The translations under genes and the position numbers were made by a program. From the IMG/VR virus record IMGVR_UViG_3300031472_000003, positions 1-38,983 of that record: a stretch of DNA of 38,983 nt; one strand, 5' to 3'. Every line of letters begins with the position of its first letter. Position 1 is the first letter of the stretch. This stretch comes from a virus (taxonomy: Duplodnaviria > Caudoviricetes). Of the stretch, positions 16,886 to 26,600 are shown piece by piece. A model generated the notes under the pieces. The model did not search any database. It was not told the origin of the DNA and was given only the letters and a program-made list of their open reading frames with translations.

Positions 16886-17066
16886 CACCCGCTGCGAACA
16901 ACTCTCACACCCGCTGCGAACAACTCTCACACCCGCTGCGAACAACTCTCACACCCGCTGCGAACAACTCTCACACCCGCTGCGAACAACTCTCACACCC
17001 GCTGCGAACAACTCTCACACCCGCTGCGAACAACTCTCACACCCGCTGCGAACAACTCTCACACCC
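16886..17066. repeat. 22-bp perfect tandem array x8, intergenic
   Basis: CACCCGCTGCGAACAACTCTCA eight times with no spacers. Confidence 0.98.
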
Positions 17067-17133
17067 CACTCGGCGACGGAAGTTCAGTCGCAAATCACCC
17101 TACACCCAGTCTTTTAGACCTTAGGAGAATATC

Positions 17134-17676
17134 ATGCCCGAAGAAATCGCCGGCACCACTGCCGAACCCGTTGCCACGACTCCTCCCGCTTCTGCTCCGC
17201 CCTCCACCGAACCAGCCGCACCTGCTCAAAGCAACGCCGAAAATGCAGTCCAGCGGCTGCTGAAGAAGGCGGAAAAAGAGCGGGATGATGCCCGCGCCGA
17301 GCTGCAGACGCGCAAAGACGCGGAACTGACGGAAACGGAGCGGCTGAAGAAAGAGCGGGACGACGCCCAGAAAGAGCGCGATGCGGCAAGGCTCGACGCC
17401 CTGCGAACGAAAGCCGGCGCAGGCCTGCCAGGCGAAGCTTTAGAGTTTCTGACCGGCACCGACGCGGAGACGCTCACGGCCCAGGCAACCAAGCTGGCGG
17501 GTCTTTACGGCAACAAGCCGGCAGAACCGGCCTCGCCGGTCCAGGCTGGCACCACAACCCGCCCCGGCACCACGCCTACGCCTTCCGTGCAGGAGCGCCT
17601 GGTCGCTGCCCAAAAGTCCGGCAACGTACTGGAGCAAATCCGCATCATGCGGAGCGACCAATTCAAAGACAAATAA
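17134..17676 (+). CDS. Capsid scaffolding protein
   Basis: AGGAG SD; Pro/Ala-rich N-terminus, coiled coil, LTGTDAETL...AKLA; directly upstream of the capsid gene. Confidence 0.8.
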   Translation: MPEEIAGTTAEPVATTPPASAPPSTEPAAPAQSNAENAVQRLLKKAEKERDDARAELQTRKDAELTETERLKKERDDAQKERDAARLDALRTKAGAGLPGEALEFLTGTDAETLTAQATKLAGLYGNKPAEPASPVQAGTTTRPGTTPTPSVQERLVAAQKSGNVLEQIRIMRSDQFKDK

Positions 17677-17748
17677 GCCAAAGGTTGACGCCGGCGGCCA
17701 TTCACATAATCACCCTCCCCTGACAGGGGAGGCTTTAGGAGCATTATT

Positions 17749-18762
17749 TTGGCTATTACGACAGTGATGACCGCCGGGTATCTCGGCCTTCTCTTCCAGC
17801 AGGTGAAGCGGCCGAACGCCGTGCTGAAGCTCGCCGGCCACTTCGCCGGCGCTTCGATGGGCGAGACGTTCGCCTACAAAGAAGCGACGTCGCGGGAATT
17901 CCCGGTCGGCGCGTTCTACGCGCTGCCTGCCCCGTCGCAGCCGTCCGTTCTGGAAGGCGCGAATGCCCCGGCCGCCACGAACCAGGTCTTGTCGCAGGCG
18001 ACGAACGTCATCCAGCTCTTCCAGGAGACGGTCAGCGTGACCTACCTGGCGGAGTCGGACAAGACTATCAGCGGCGTCGTGCCGATCCCGCAGGGCGATG
18101 CCGGCGGCCAGAACCAGGTCCAGAACCCCCGCTCGATGGAGTTTCAGATCAGGGCCCGCTTGCAGAAAATCGCCCAGGACGCCAATTACAGCTTCCTGCA
18201 GGGCGTGTTCGCCAACCCGGCGAACCCCGCTGCCAATGCACTGGGAACGCGCGGCCTCCTGACCGCTGTGTCCTCGAACGTCAACGACGTGTCTGCTGGC
18301 GCGGCGCTGAACGCCCAGACTTACCGCGCGGCCATCGACGGGCTGCTGTCTCAGATGATTACCAAAAACGGCTATGGCATTGACGAAACCTTCGTCGTGT
18401 TCGCCGGGCCGACCGAGTTCATCAACATCGCCCATGCCTATGGCAATCTCGGGGTCGTGTACCTGCAGCCAGATCAGACGCTGGCCGGTCTTCAGACCCG
18501 TAAGTTGCTGTCCACCTTTGGCACCATGCTTCTGACGCTGGAGCCGGATATGCCGAACTCGCAGCTGCTCATCGCGAAGATGGACGAAGTCGGCATCGTC
18601 GGCCTGAACGTCCCCGGCAAGGGCGTCATCTTCGAGGAATCGCTGTATAAGCAGGGTTCGGCGGACCAGACGCAGATCTACAGCCAGATGGGCATTGACC
18701 ACGGCCCGGAATACTACCACGGCCTCCTCAAGGTGCCGGCGGGGACCAGCATCCCGCTCTAA
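17749..18762 (+). CDS. Major capsid protein (DUF5309/SU10-like)
   Basis: TTG start with AGGAG SD; 337 aa; NVIQLFQETVSV, TRGLL, QIYSQMGIDHGPEYYHG. Confidence 0.85.
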   Translation: MAITTVMTAGYLGLLFQQVKRPNAVLKLAGHFAGASMGETFAYKEATSREFPVGAFYALPAPSQPSVLEGANAPAATNQVLSQATNVIQLFQETVSVTYLAESDKTISGVVPIPQGDAGGQNQVQNPRSMEFQIRARLQKIAQDANYSFLQGVFANPANPAANALGTRGLLTAVSSNVNDVSAGAALNAQTYRAAIDGLLSQMITKNGYGIDETFVVFAGPTEFINIAHAYGNLGVVYLQPDQTLAGLQTRKLLSTFGTMLLTLEPDMPNSQLLIAKMDEVGIVGLNVPGKGVIFEESLYKQGSADQTQIYSQMGIDHGPEYYHGLLKVPAGTSIPL

Positions 18763-18774
18763 GCGGGCAGCCTC

Positions 18775-18799
18775 GACAGAGCCTGTAACAGGCTCTGTC
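18775..18799 (+). terminator. Hairpin after the capsid gene (stabiliser or weak terminator)
   Basis: GACAGAGCCTGT-a-ACAGGCTCTGTC with a poor U-tract. Confidence 0.55.
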
Positions 18800-18817
18800 T
18801 ACCTTTGGGAGAACCTC

Positions 18818-19165
18818 ATGCCCTACGTTATCAATCGCAAGTGGAGTAAGAACTGGGACATGACCACCGACACCCAGCTTGACCCGGTGCTCGATGTCAA
18901 GGCCGGGATGTATATCGCGGCGGCTCATGTGGACAGCAAGAAGGCGAAGATCTTCGGGAAGCACCCGGATTATCAGGTGCTGACGGACGACGAGTACCGA
19001 GATCTGACGACTGCTGCGGTCGAGGAAGGCCCCGAGCTGACCGAGCCGCTGACCGGGGAGCCACTGACCGATGCCGCGCTTGTCAAGAACCAGGCTGCCG
19101 GAAGTGTGCAGACCGAGGAAGAGAAGCAGCAGAACGGCCCCCCGGAGCCGCCGCCGTCCTCGTAG
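18818..19165 (+). CDS. Hypothetical head-associated protein
   Basis: GGGAG SD and ATG at 18818; acidic Pro-rich tail. Confidence 0.65.
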   Translation: MPYVINRKWSKNWDMTTDTQLDPVLDVKAGMYIAAAHVDSKKAKIFGKHPDYQVLTDDEYRDLTTAAVEEGPELTEPLTGEPLTDAALVKNQAAGSVQTEEEKQQNGPPEPPPSS

Positions 19166-19201
19166 CGTTCGGCTCTGTCCTCTCGGGTTTCTGAAACAGT
19201 T

Positions 19202-19894
19202 ATGCCCAACAACTACACAATCTGGCCGACCATAACCGATGTTCAGGACCGGCTCACGGCGGCGGGTGTGACGCTGCGCCTTCCGCCCGGCAACCGGACC
19301 GACGCCGTGACCCAGGCCGTGCTGGCGGAAGTGACCCGGCGGACCCAACGGCAGTTTGTCCCAGGCCCGCAAGGGGAGACGCGCTACTACGACGGCACGG
19401 GAACGCCCGAGCAGGAAGTGGACGAGATGACCCTGCTGTCCAGCGTGTCCGTCATCGGCCTGGACACGGCGGCGGGGTTTTTCCTAGATGATGCGGCGTT
19501 GACCTACGAGCAGGGCCGGCCCCAGACCCGGATTACCGTCGCCCGAGGCAGCGCCGCCGCGCTTGCCGGCATGGCGGCGCTGCCCTACCGCTGGCTGTTC
19601 CCGGCGGGCCGTCAAAACATCGCGGTCACCGGACAGTTCGGCTACGCGCCGACAATCCCGGCAGACCTGTGGGACGGGGCCTGCGGCGAAATGGCGCTGC
19701 GCCTCACCCGAGAAGCGATTTTCACCCCTGCCGGACGCCTGAACTTTGACAAAGCCGGCGATGAGGAGAAGCGCTTTGCCCTCTCGCCTGCCGAGGCAAC
19801 CGGCTGGCATTCCCTCTTTGAGCAGATGGTCCGCCTTTACACGCGCCCCCAGGGGAGGCGGCTGCGGAACCTGCGAAACCGGATGGTGAGCTGA
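19202..19894 (+). CDS. Head-tail adaptor
   Basis: TQRQF...ETRYYDG, FPAGRQNIAVTGQFGY..IPADL; synteny. Confidence 0.75.
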   Translation: MPNNYTIWPTITDVQDRLTAAGVTLRLPPGNRTDAVTQAVLAEVTRRTQRQFVPGPQGETRYYDGTGTPEQEVDEMTLLSSVSVIGLDTAAGFFLDDAALTYEQGRPQTRITVARGSAAALAGMAALPYRWLFPAGRQNIAVTGQFGYAPTIPADLWDGACGEMALRLTREAIFTPAGRLNFDKAGDEEKRFALSPAEATGWHSLFEQMVRLYTRPQGRRLRNLRNRMVS

Positions 19895-20238
19895 TGCCCC
19901 TGAACTATGTGCTGGTGCGCGTCGTGCGCCTCGTGTTCGCCGTGTCCCCGACGTTTGGCCTGAGCGCACTTATCGAAGAGGATGTCCCTGGCTCCCCGTT
20001 TTCCGCCCGCGTCTACCGCGTCGCGCAGACGACCGTAACTCGCGACGATGATCAGTCTGGCACGGCCACGCTCGATGAGATGCAGCGGATGAGCATTCTC
20101 GACCCGGCCTGCCCAATCCAGGTCAATGACATCGCCTTCCTTCCCCGCGCGACCGGCACGTTCACCCGCGCCAAAGTGATGCGGCCTCGTCCTTACAGCG
20201 ACCGCACCCAATATGATCTAGAAACAGGAGTCGAGTAA
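19894..20238 (+). CDS. Head closure protein
   Basis: Size, beta-rich composition and synteny. Confidence 0.55.
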   Translation: MPLNYVLVRVVRLVFAVSPTFGLSALIEEDVPGSPFSARVYRVAQTTVTRDDDQSGTATLDEMQRMSILDPACPIQVNDIAFLPRATGTFTRAKVMRPRPYSDRTQYDLETGVE

Positions 20239-20579
20239 TGGCCACTGGAGCCGAGGCAGTGCAAATGCGGCTGCTGCAGATTGAAGCCCAGATCCAAAAC
20301 AACGCGAAGAGCGCGATGCAAGAGGTGATGACCGCTTTAGAAGGCTGGGCGAAAGCCGAGCATTCCTACACCAACCGCACAAGCAACACCACGAATAGCA
20401 TCCAGGGAATCATTGAGGAAGCCAGTGCCCATCTCGTGCGCGGGGTGCTTTCTGCCGGAATGGAATACGACGTCTTCCTGGAACTAGCGAGGGACGGGGA
20501 ATGGGCGTTCTTGTGGCCCGTCATTGAGCGACACAAAGACGACATCCTAAAGATCATCGAGGGCCGAATGAAGCTATGA
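20238..20579 (+). CDS. Neck protein (HK97 gp10-like)
   Basis: AKAEHSYTNRT..TTNSI, GMEYDVFLEL, FLWP. Confidence 0.7.
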   Translation: MATGAEAVQMRLLQIEAQIQNNAKSAMQEVMTALEGWAKAEHSYTNRTSNTTNSIQGIIEEASAHLVRGVLSAGMEYDVFLELARDGEWAFLWPVIERHKDDILKIIEGRMKL

Positions 20580-20890
20580 GCCAAGAATTTATAAGCGAGG
20601 AACACCGAAAACTTGTGCCGATGATCGTGGACGCCGAGATGTTTCTGACAGTCCTGCGTGTGCTGGAAGCGGTTCTTGCCAACACACCCGGATGCAGCAT
20701 GACCGAAGCAGACATCGCTGGCGTTAAGCGCAGCGTGGTCCGGGTGCCGCCGCAGATCCGCGACCTCAAAGTCGTGTCTCAAACCGCACGGTCCGAAGAC
20801 GGATGCGATTATCTAGATATCGTGGTGGATGCACCGGAGAGCTGGAATAGCGTTCTTTGCGACGTCACAAGCGCTCCCCCTGAAAAATAA
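20576..20890 (+). CDS. Hypothetical protein
   Basis: ATGA overlap; fills the gap in the operon. Confidence 0.6.
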   Translation: MSQEFISEEHRKLVPMIVDAEMFLTVLRVLEAVLANTPGCSMTEADIAGVKRSVVRVPPQIRDLKVVSQTARSEDGCDYLDIVVDAPESWNSVLCDVTSAPPEK

Positions 20891-20892
20891 CC

Positions 20893-21399
20893 ATGTCCCA
20901 AGCCGTTAAAATCGCCGTGGTTGCCCAAATCGTTGGCGACACTCCGCCAGTGCCTGCTTTGCCACTTGCCCCGGTCATTGCCCTGCCGAAGCTGCTGACC
21001 ACGCATCCCGCCGACCCCACAAAGCCCGCGCTGTTCAATGGCCGCAAAAGCGACTTCCCGCCGGTCTACGACTGCTTGACCTACCGGCTGACGCAGGCAA
21101 CGCCAAACAAGAGCTTCCGGCCTGGCCTGGTGAGGCCCGGAACGCCAAGCGTCTACAAGCAGGGTGTGGAGGACTTCTATCTGGACTGCGAGGCGTGGAC
21201 CCAGACGCCCGACAGCGGCCCGCTCGATGCCATCAATGCCCGGCTGGACGCCCTCTTCCACGAGCAGGCGTTCCCAACGACAGACGGACCCGTCTTTTAC
21301 ACCGAGCGCCTCCTGCGCGAAACTGACCTCTACGACAAGACACTCAAAGCCTGGTTTTCTCTAAGCCGCTACCGGCTCAGGCTGCAATATCAATCTTAA
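20893..21399 (+). CDS. Tail terminator / completion protein
   Basis: DCEAW....LDAINARLDALFH...RYRL; position before the tail tube gene. Confidence 0.65.
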   Translation: MSQAVKIAVVAQIVGDTPPVPALPLAPVIALPKLLTTHPADPTKPALFNGRKSDFPPVYDCLTYRLTQATPNKSFRPGLVRPGTPSVYKQGVEDFYLDCEAWTQTPDSGPLDAINARLDALFHEQAFPTTDGPVFYTERLLRETDLYDKTLKAWFSLSRYRLRLQYQS

Positions 21400-21432
21400 C
21401 TTTCCAATCTTAACTTTTAGGAGACCAAGACA

Positions 21433-21972
21433 TTGACAGAATCTCATATTTTCTCGACGGGCATTCTCCGCATCGGCGCTCCGGGAACCGGCGCTCTCGC
21501 GCAGGACGGCAGCACGACCATCGGCGTCATTCAGGACGTTACTCTGGACACTACGTACAGCCGGCACGACCTGTTCGACGCCGCCGTCAACTCTGTCTTT
21601 GCGGTGGACACCGCCGATCACGAGGGCAAGTTCAAGCTGAAGTTCACCACCAAAGACATCAGCCGGAAGCTACTGGCATACACCACAGGCGCGGCGCATA
21701 CGGTCAATGCCGCGGCTGCCGGCCCCCCGGCTGTCCCGGCTCAGGACGTCTACGCCATCGGCGGCAAGTCGGTTCCTCAGTTCTGCCGCCTGGAGTATGA
21801 CGGGGTGGACACAAGCGGCAAGAACGTCCAAATCGTCATCCCGACGGGCAAGCCGACAGGCCAGAGCATTGCCAGCAAGGTGACTGACTTCGCCGACACT
21901 CCCATCGAGGTCGACGCTTACGGACTGCCTTCCAACAACTATCTGGTGGCAACCGTCTCCATCGATCAGTGA
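21433..21972 (+). CDS. Major tail tube protein, copy 1
   Basis: TTG start with AGGAG SD; IGVIQDVTLD; synteny. Confidence 0.75.
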   Translation: MTESHIFSTGILRIGAPGTGALAQDGSTTIGVIQDVTLDTTYSRHDLFDAAVNSVFAVDTADHEGKFKLKFTTKDISRKLLAYTTGAAHTVNAAAAGPPAVPAQDVYAIGGKSVPQFCRLEYDGVDTSGKNVQIVIPTGKPTGQSIASKVTDFADTPIEVDAYGLPSNNYLVATVSIDQ

Positions 21973-22012
21973 TTATAAATCGATCAGTAATTCCGCGTGT
22001 CAGGAGTGACCA

Positions 22013-22822
22013 ATGGCACAGCATTTGAACTGGCAGTGGGTCGCTCCTGCAGGCCCGGCCCCAAACAGCTACAACCTCTATAAAGGCATGGCACCTGGGG
22101 CCGAAGTTCTCTACAAAACGGCGCAGCCGGGCCTGAGCTTCAGCGACCCCGAGGCGACGCCCGGCTCCACTTATTTCGGCTATGTGACCGCCGTCTACGC
22201 CGGAGTCGAAAGCGGCCCGAGCAACGAGTTCTCCGTCACCGTGCCGGCATCCTCCGCTGGCCCAGGAAACCTTATGAGCGAAACACATATTTTCAGTACC
22301 GGCATCCTCACGGCCCAGATCGGAGCCGGCCCGCCTGTCACCTTTGGGGTGCTTCAGGACGTGTCGTTCGGCGCGAGCTTCAGCCGGCACGATCTGTTTG
22401 ATGCGGTCATCAACAGCGCCCATGCCGTCGATACCGCCGATCACGAGGGAAAGTGGACCATCAAGGCCGGCAACGCCGCGATCTCCGGCGCGGCGATGCA
22501 AATGCTGATTGCTTCGGCGCTTACGACTGCCTCCGCGCCGGTGGTGCCCGCCGGAGCGCTGGGGCCGGGCGTTCCCGTTTCTCTCAACACGCTGTCCGGC
22601 AAGATCGCCTTCCCGCTGCTCACAGTCACGCTGACCCTGCAGGACACCAATGGCCATCCGGTCACCGTCTACGCCACCCGCGCCAAAGCGATGGGAGACC
22701 AGGTGACCCTGAAGCTGACCGACTTCGCCATGCAGAACTTCGAGCTGCATTGCTACCCTGATCCCGCTTTCCCTGATCCTGCGACGGGAAACCGCGTCGC
22801 CGTCATCACCTTCGGCAACTAA
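22013..22822 (+). CDS. FN3-like domain fused to tail tube paralogue (copy 2); internal start at 22274
   Basis: W...YNLY...FSD....G.TY...VTAV..GVESGPSNE FN3 pattern, then MSETHIFSTGIL...SRHDLFDA...AVDTADHEGK shared with copy 1. Confidence 0.8.
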   Translation: MAQHLNWQWVAPAGPAPNSYNLYKGMAPGAEVLYKTAQPGLSFSDPEATPGSTYFGYVTAVYAGVESGPSNEFSVTVPASSAGPGNLMSETHIFSTGILTAQIGAGPPVTFGVLQDVSFGASFSRHDLFDAVINSAHAVDTADHEGKWTIKAGNAAISGAAMQMLIASALTTASAPVVPAGALGPGVPVSLNTLSGKIAFPLLTVTLTLQDTNGHPVTVYATRAKAMGDQVTLKLTDFAMQNFELHCYPDPAFPDPATGNRVAVITFGN

Positions 22823-22836
22823 ATTTGAGAAACATT

Positions 22837-23343
22837 ATGAGCAAAATCTACGAGAAAAATGAACTGAGCGAGGCCCTCGGGCTGGGCCGGGACCTGCGGC
22901 TTGGCGAGCAGACGCTGCACCTAGATCCGCTGGACTTCGCGGACCTGGCAGACCTCGAAGAGGCGATGACGGCCGAGCCGCGCAGTGCCCAGGAAGAGGC
23001 CGTCATTGAAGCGCTTCGGGCTTCTAAAGCGCCCGGTGCCGAGGAATACCGAAATCCGCTGTCTCGCCTGCGTCCGTTCAGCCTGGCGCACCAGCTCATT
23101 TTGATGCATCTTTGCCTGCGAAAAAGCCGGCCCGGCATCACGCGGGCACAGACCGCCGCTCTGATCAGCGCCCGGCAGTTCCAGAAGCCGGAAACGACGG
23201 AATTTCTCTCCGAGATGCTGCTGATCTCGGGTGTGATGGGCGGCAGCGAGGACGCGGAAACTAGGGAGCCGGAAGCGGCAGATCCTGAAGGCGACCCGAC
23301 CCCAAAAAAATCCCGGACCAGGCGGGCGAGTACAAGCGACTGA
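22837..23343 (+). CDS. Tail assembly chaperone (gpG analogue)
   Basis: Lies between the tube and tape measure genes; slippery site near its end. Confidence 0.75.
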   Translation: MSKIYEKNELSEALGLGRDLRLGEQTLHLDPLDFADLADLEEAMTAEPRSAQEEAVIEALRASKAPGAEEYRNPLSRLRPFSLAHQLILMHLCLRKSRPGITRAQTAALISARQFQKPETTEFLSEMLLISGVMGGSEDAETREPEAADPEGDPTPKKSRTRRASTSD

Positions 23344-23687
23344 TCGCCTTCCTGGTCATTCGCCTTGGGAAATCCTTTGAAGAAGTGCGCCGCATGACGA
23401 TCCCGCAGGCTCGCCTCCTCCAAAAGCATTTTGCCGACAACGACGGGCAACTAGGCGCAGCTCGCCTGATCGTGGAAAGCATCGTAGACATCGCCGTCGC
23501 CGGCGGCCTGATCAAGCGGGCTGAAAAACCTTTTCCTGCCTCCCGACGGCCTGACACCGATGCCGCCGCGGCTCTCGTGCCCGACACGCTCATCCCCGAG
23601 CTGCGAACTCTCGTGGAAGCACAGCTCCGCACTGAAGGCTGGCAGCCCCCAAAGGCTGGCAGCCCCCAAACGAGTGATTTTTCATAA
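23301..23687 (+). CDS. -1 frameshift extension (gpGT analogue)
   Basis: C CCA AAA AAA at 23301-23310; the -1 frame is open IPDQAGEYKRLIAFLVIRLGKSFEEVRRMTIPQ... to 23687. Confidence 0.8.
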   Translation, partial: PKKIPDQAGEYKRLIAFLVIRLGKSFEEVRRMTIPQARLLQKHFADNDGQLGAARLIVESIVDIAVAGGLIKRAEKPFPASRRPDTDAAAALVPDTLIPELRTLVEAQLRTEGWQPPKAGSPQTSDFS

Positions 23688-23698
23688 AGTAGTTTTCT

Positions 23699-26600
23699 AT
23701 GTCTGACACCGTCGACCTTGGAACAATCAGCGCCTCAGTTGAGCTGAAGCTCGCGGGACTGCAAGCCGGGGTCGGCAAAGCCTCTGGTCTCATCAGCGGC
23801 CTCGCCGCCGCCGCTGAGCAGCAGGCGGCCCGGATCAAAAAAAGTATGGACGCGGCGGCGGCCAGCGTGTCGGCATTCGAGGGTAAAGCCGAAAAGCTCG
23901 CCGCAAGCACTGCCGGGCAGCGCATCGCCGGTTCTATGACGCTGGCGGGCGCGGGCGTTGCGGCAGGCTTTGGTCTTGCGATCAAGGCAGCGTCCGACTT
24001 CGATGCCACCATCAATCATGTAGCGAACAACACGACCATGAAGGCCGGCGAGATCGACGTCATGCGGACGACGATCCTGCGGCTCAGCAAGGAAAGCGGC
24101 GCGGCGCTCGACGACCTGGCGGACGGATGGATGCACGTCAGCAACTTCGGCTTCCAGGCGGCCGAGAACATGGTGATCCTGCGGGAAGCCATGAAAAGCG
24201 CCGTCTCCACCGGCGGCAAAGTGGGCGCGACCGCAGACATTCTCGCCAAGTCTCTCCACGAGTTTGGGATGGGTGCAAGCATGGCCAGCAAAGCCATGAA
24301 CGTCATGCACCTGGCCGCTGCCGAAGGGAACATGACCCTTGAGCAGTTCGACGCCGTCGCCGGGCCTGCGTTCTCGGCAGCCGCAGCCCTAGGAGCTGGC
24401 TTCACCGAGACGGCAGCGGCGATCTCCGCGCTGACCCGGCACGGCTACGATGCCGCTGAAGCCGTCACACAGGTCAAAGACGTCTTCTCGCACCTTATCC
24501 AGGGGAGCAAATCGACAAAAGAAGAACTGGCCCGGCTGTCTGCCGTCACCGGCATCAATCTGACGCAGGATTTCACCGCCGCAGGCCTGAAGGCGCGGGG
24601 GCTGTACGGCGTCTTCCTGGACCTTGCGATGGCGACGCGCGGCCATGCCGACGAAGTCTACAAGCTAATCCCCGCGATGCGCGGCGGCCAGGGCGCAATG
24701 GTGCTGGCCTCCACCGGCGCGGCGGACTACAAAAACGTCCTGCTGGATATGAATCAGGCCGTCGCCGGCAAGCTGGATCCTTCCACGCAGGATTACAACC
24801 GGACGCTCGGCACGACCAAAAACAAAGCGCAGCGGGCGCGGGCGGAGTTTGAGCAGCTTAAGATCAATCTCGGCGAGGACCTGATCCCGGCCTTCAATGA
24901 CGGAGCGACGGCAGCCACCAAGTTTCTGGACCAGCTCAACGCCATGCCGGATGCCAAGCGCAAGTCGGTCGAGTCGTTTGTCGCCATCGCCGGCGCAATC
25001 TCCCTGGTGACCGGCGGCCTGATGAGTGCGCTGAAGTTCGCAGCGGAGCTGAAAATCGCGCTCGCCGGTGCGGGCTGGCTCAGCGGAGCAGGGGCGGGAG
25101 GAGGCCTTCTAGGAAGCGCTGGCCTCGCGGGCCTTGCCGGACGCATGGGCCTGATGAGCGGAGGCCTCGGATACGGCGGGGTCAGTGGCACCGCCGGACT
25201 CGGCGGCAACCTGCTCGGCGGTGCGGTACTTGCCGCTCCGGCCATTTTTGGCGGCTACATGGCCAACAAGATCATGGGAGCGCAGAACGACGGCTACAAC
25301 GCCGAGCAGCGCGGCAACGGGGCTGCTGACCTCTCGCCCTATGTAGACCGTGTTGCCGCGCTCCGCAAACAGGAAAAAGCGGCTCCAAACGATCCCAAGA
25401 TCAAAGGAGAGCTTGCAGAAGCCCTTGCGGCCCTGCGCCAGATGTCTGGGGCCAATAGCCGTGTCCGTCAGGCTGCTGCCGGGAACAGCCTGACGGAAGC
25501 AATGGCCAAGCACATCGGCCAGGCGACTGGCGTTCAGTGCGGGCAGGCCGTCTCGAACGCCTTAAAAGTCAATGGGATTTCCGTGGCGGTGTCGAGGCTC
25601 GCACAGGCGGCTATTAAGAACAACGCACTCGTGAAGCTGGACGGTGCCGGACATCTGCCGCCGGGAACCGTCGTCTTTTTCCCCGGCAAGCAAGGCACCA
25701 AGAACATCGGAACCGACCCAACCGAGCATTTCGGCATGATGGGCGGCATTTCGCCGACAGGCTTTCAGCCCGTGCTGGAGTCCACAACGGCAGGGGGGCA
25801 TGGCCGTCACTACCGGGGGGACCGGGGCCTAGCACAAGTTGCCGCCGGACACGGCGGTCAGTATTATGCCTTCGATGCGCCGGCCAACCGCAAAGCGGCC
25901 GATGGCCTTCCAGGCGTCAACCGGATGCACGGACCCGCCCCGCTGACGGATGCTCAGAAAGAAAAGATCAAAGACCAGTCCACGCTCCTGCAGGACGAGA
26001 AGGACCAGCTCTACGAGGCAACGCACAAAGATTTCGACAATCGCCGCTACAACGCGAAGCGCGGCCTTGAGAAGGCCGATAGTGATCCTGCTGCGACGGG
26101 TGACAGCAAGGCCATCGCCCAAAAGACCTACCAAGCCTCCCTCGCACAGATCGCCAAAGACGAGGCGGCCGCGCAAAAAGAAAACAACGCCAAGCTCGCG
26201 CAGCTTCTGGAGGAAAAGAAGCAGAAACAGGAGCAGGCCTGGGCCGAGGAATACAAGGCCGGCACAATCACGGCCAATCAGTATCAGTATCTCCTGGACA
26301 CGCGCCTGGCGCATTATGCCAAATTCAGCGACCGCTGGGCGGAAATCAACCAGAAGCTGGCCGGGGTCAAGGGTCAGCGGCAGGACGCTCTAGACGCACA
26401 GGCAGCCGGGGCCGCAGCCGGCCACAAGCGCGGCCATGAGATGGGGGACCTGAGCCTGGACATGCAAGACAGCATTGATGCCGTCAGCGAAGACCCGATC
26501 GAGTACGAGTTCAACAAAAAGCGTGGGGGAGCAGATAAGCGGTATCGGGAGCGGCAGGAGGCCATTCAGGCAAAGACGGGCCTCGGGCCGGACGAGATCG

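Noticed and set aside
16886-17066. CRISPR array
   Set aside because: Units are contiguous with no spacers, and there are no cas genes in the window.
16858-17124. ORFs across the 22-bp array as real proteins
   Set aside because: They exist because the unit has no stops; kept only as a possible leader peptide.
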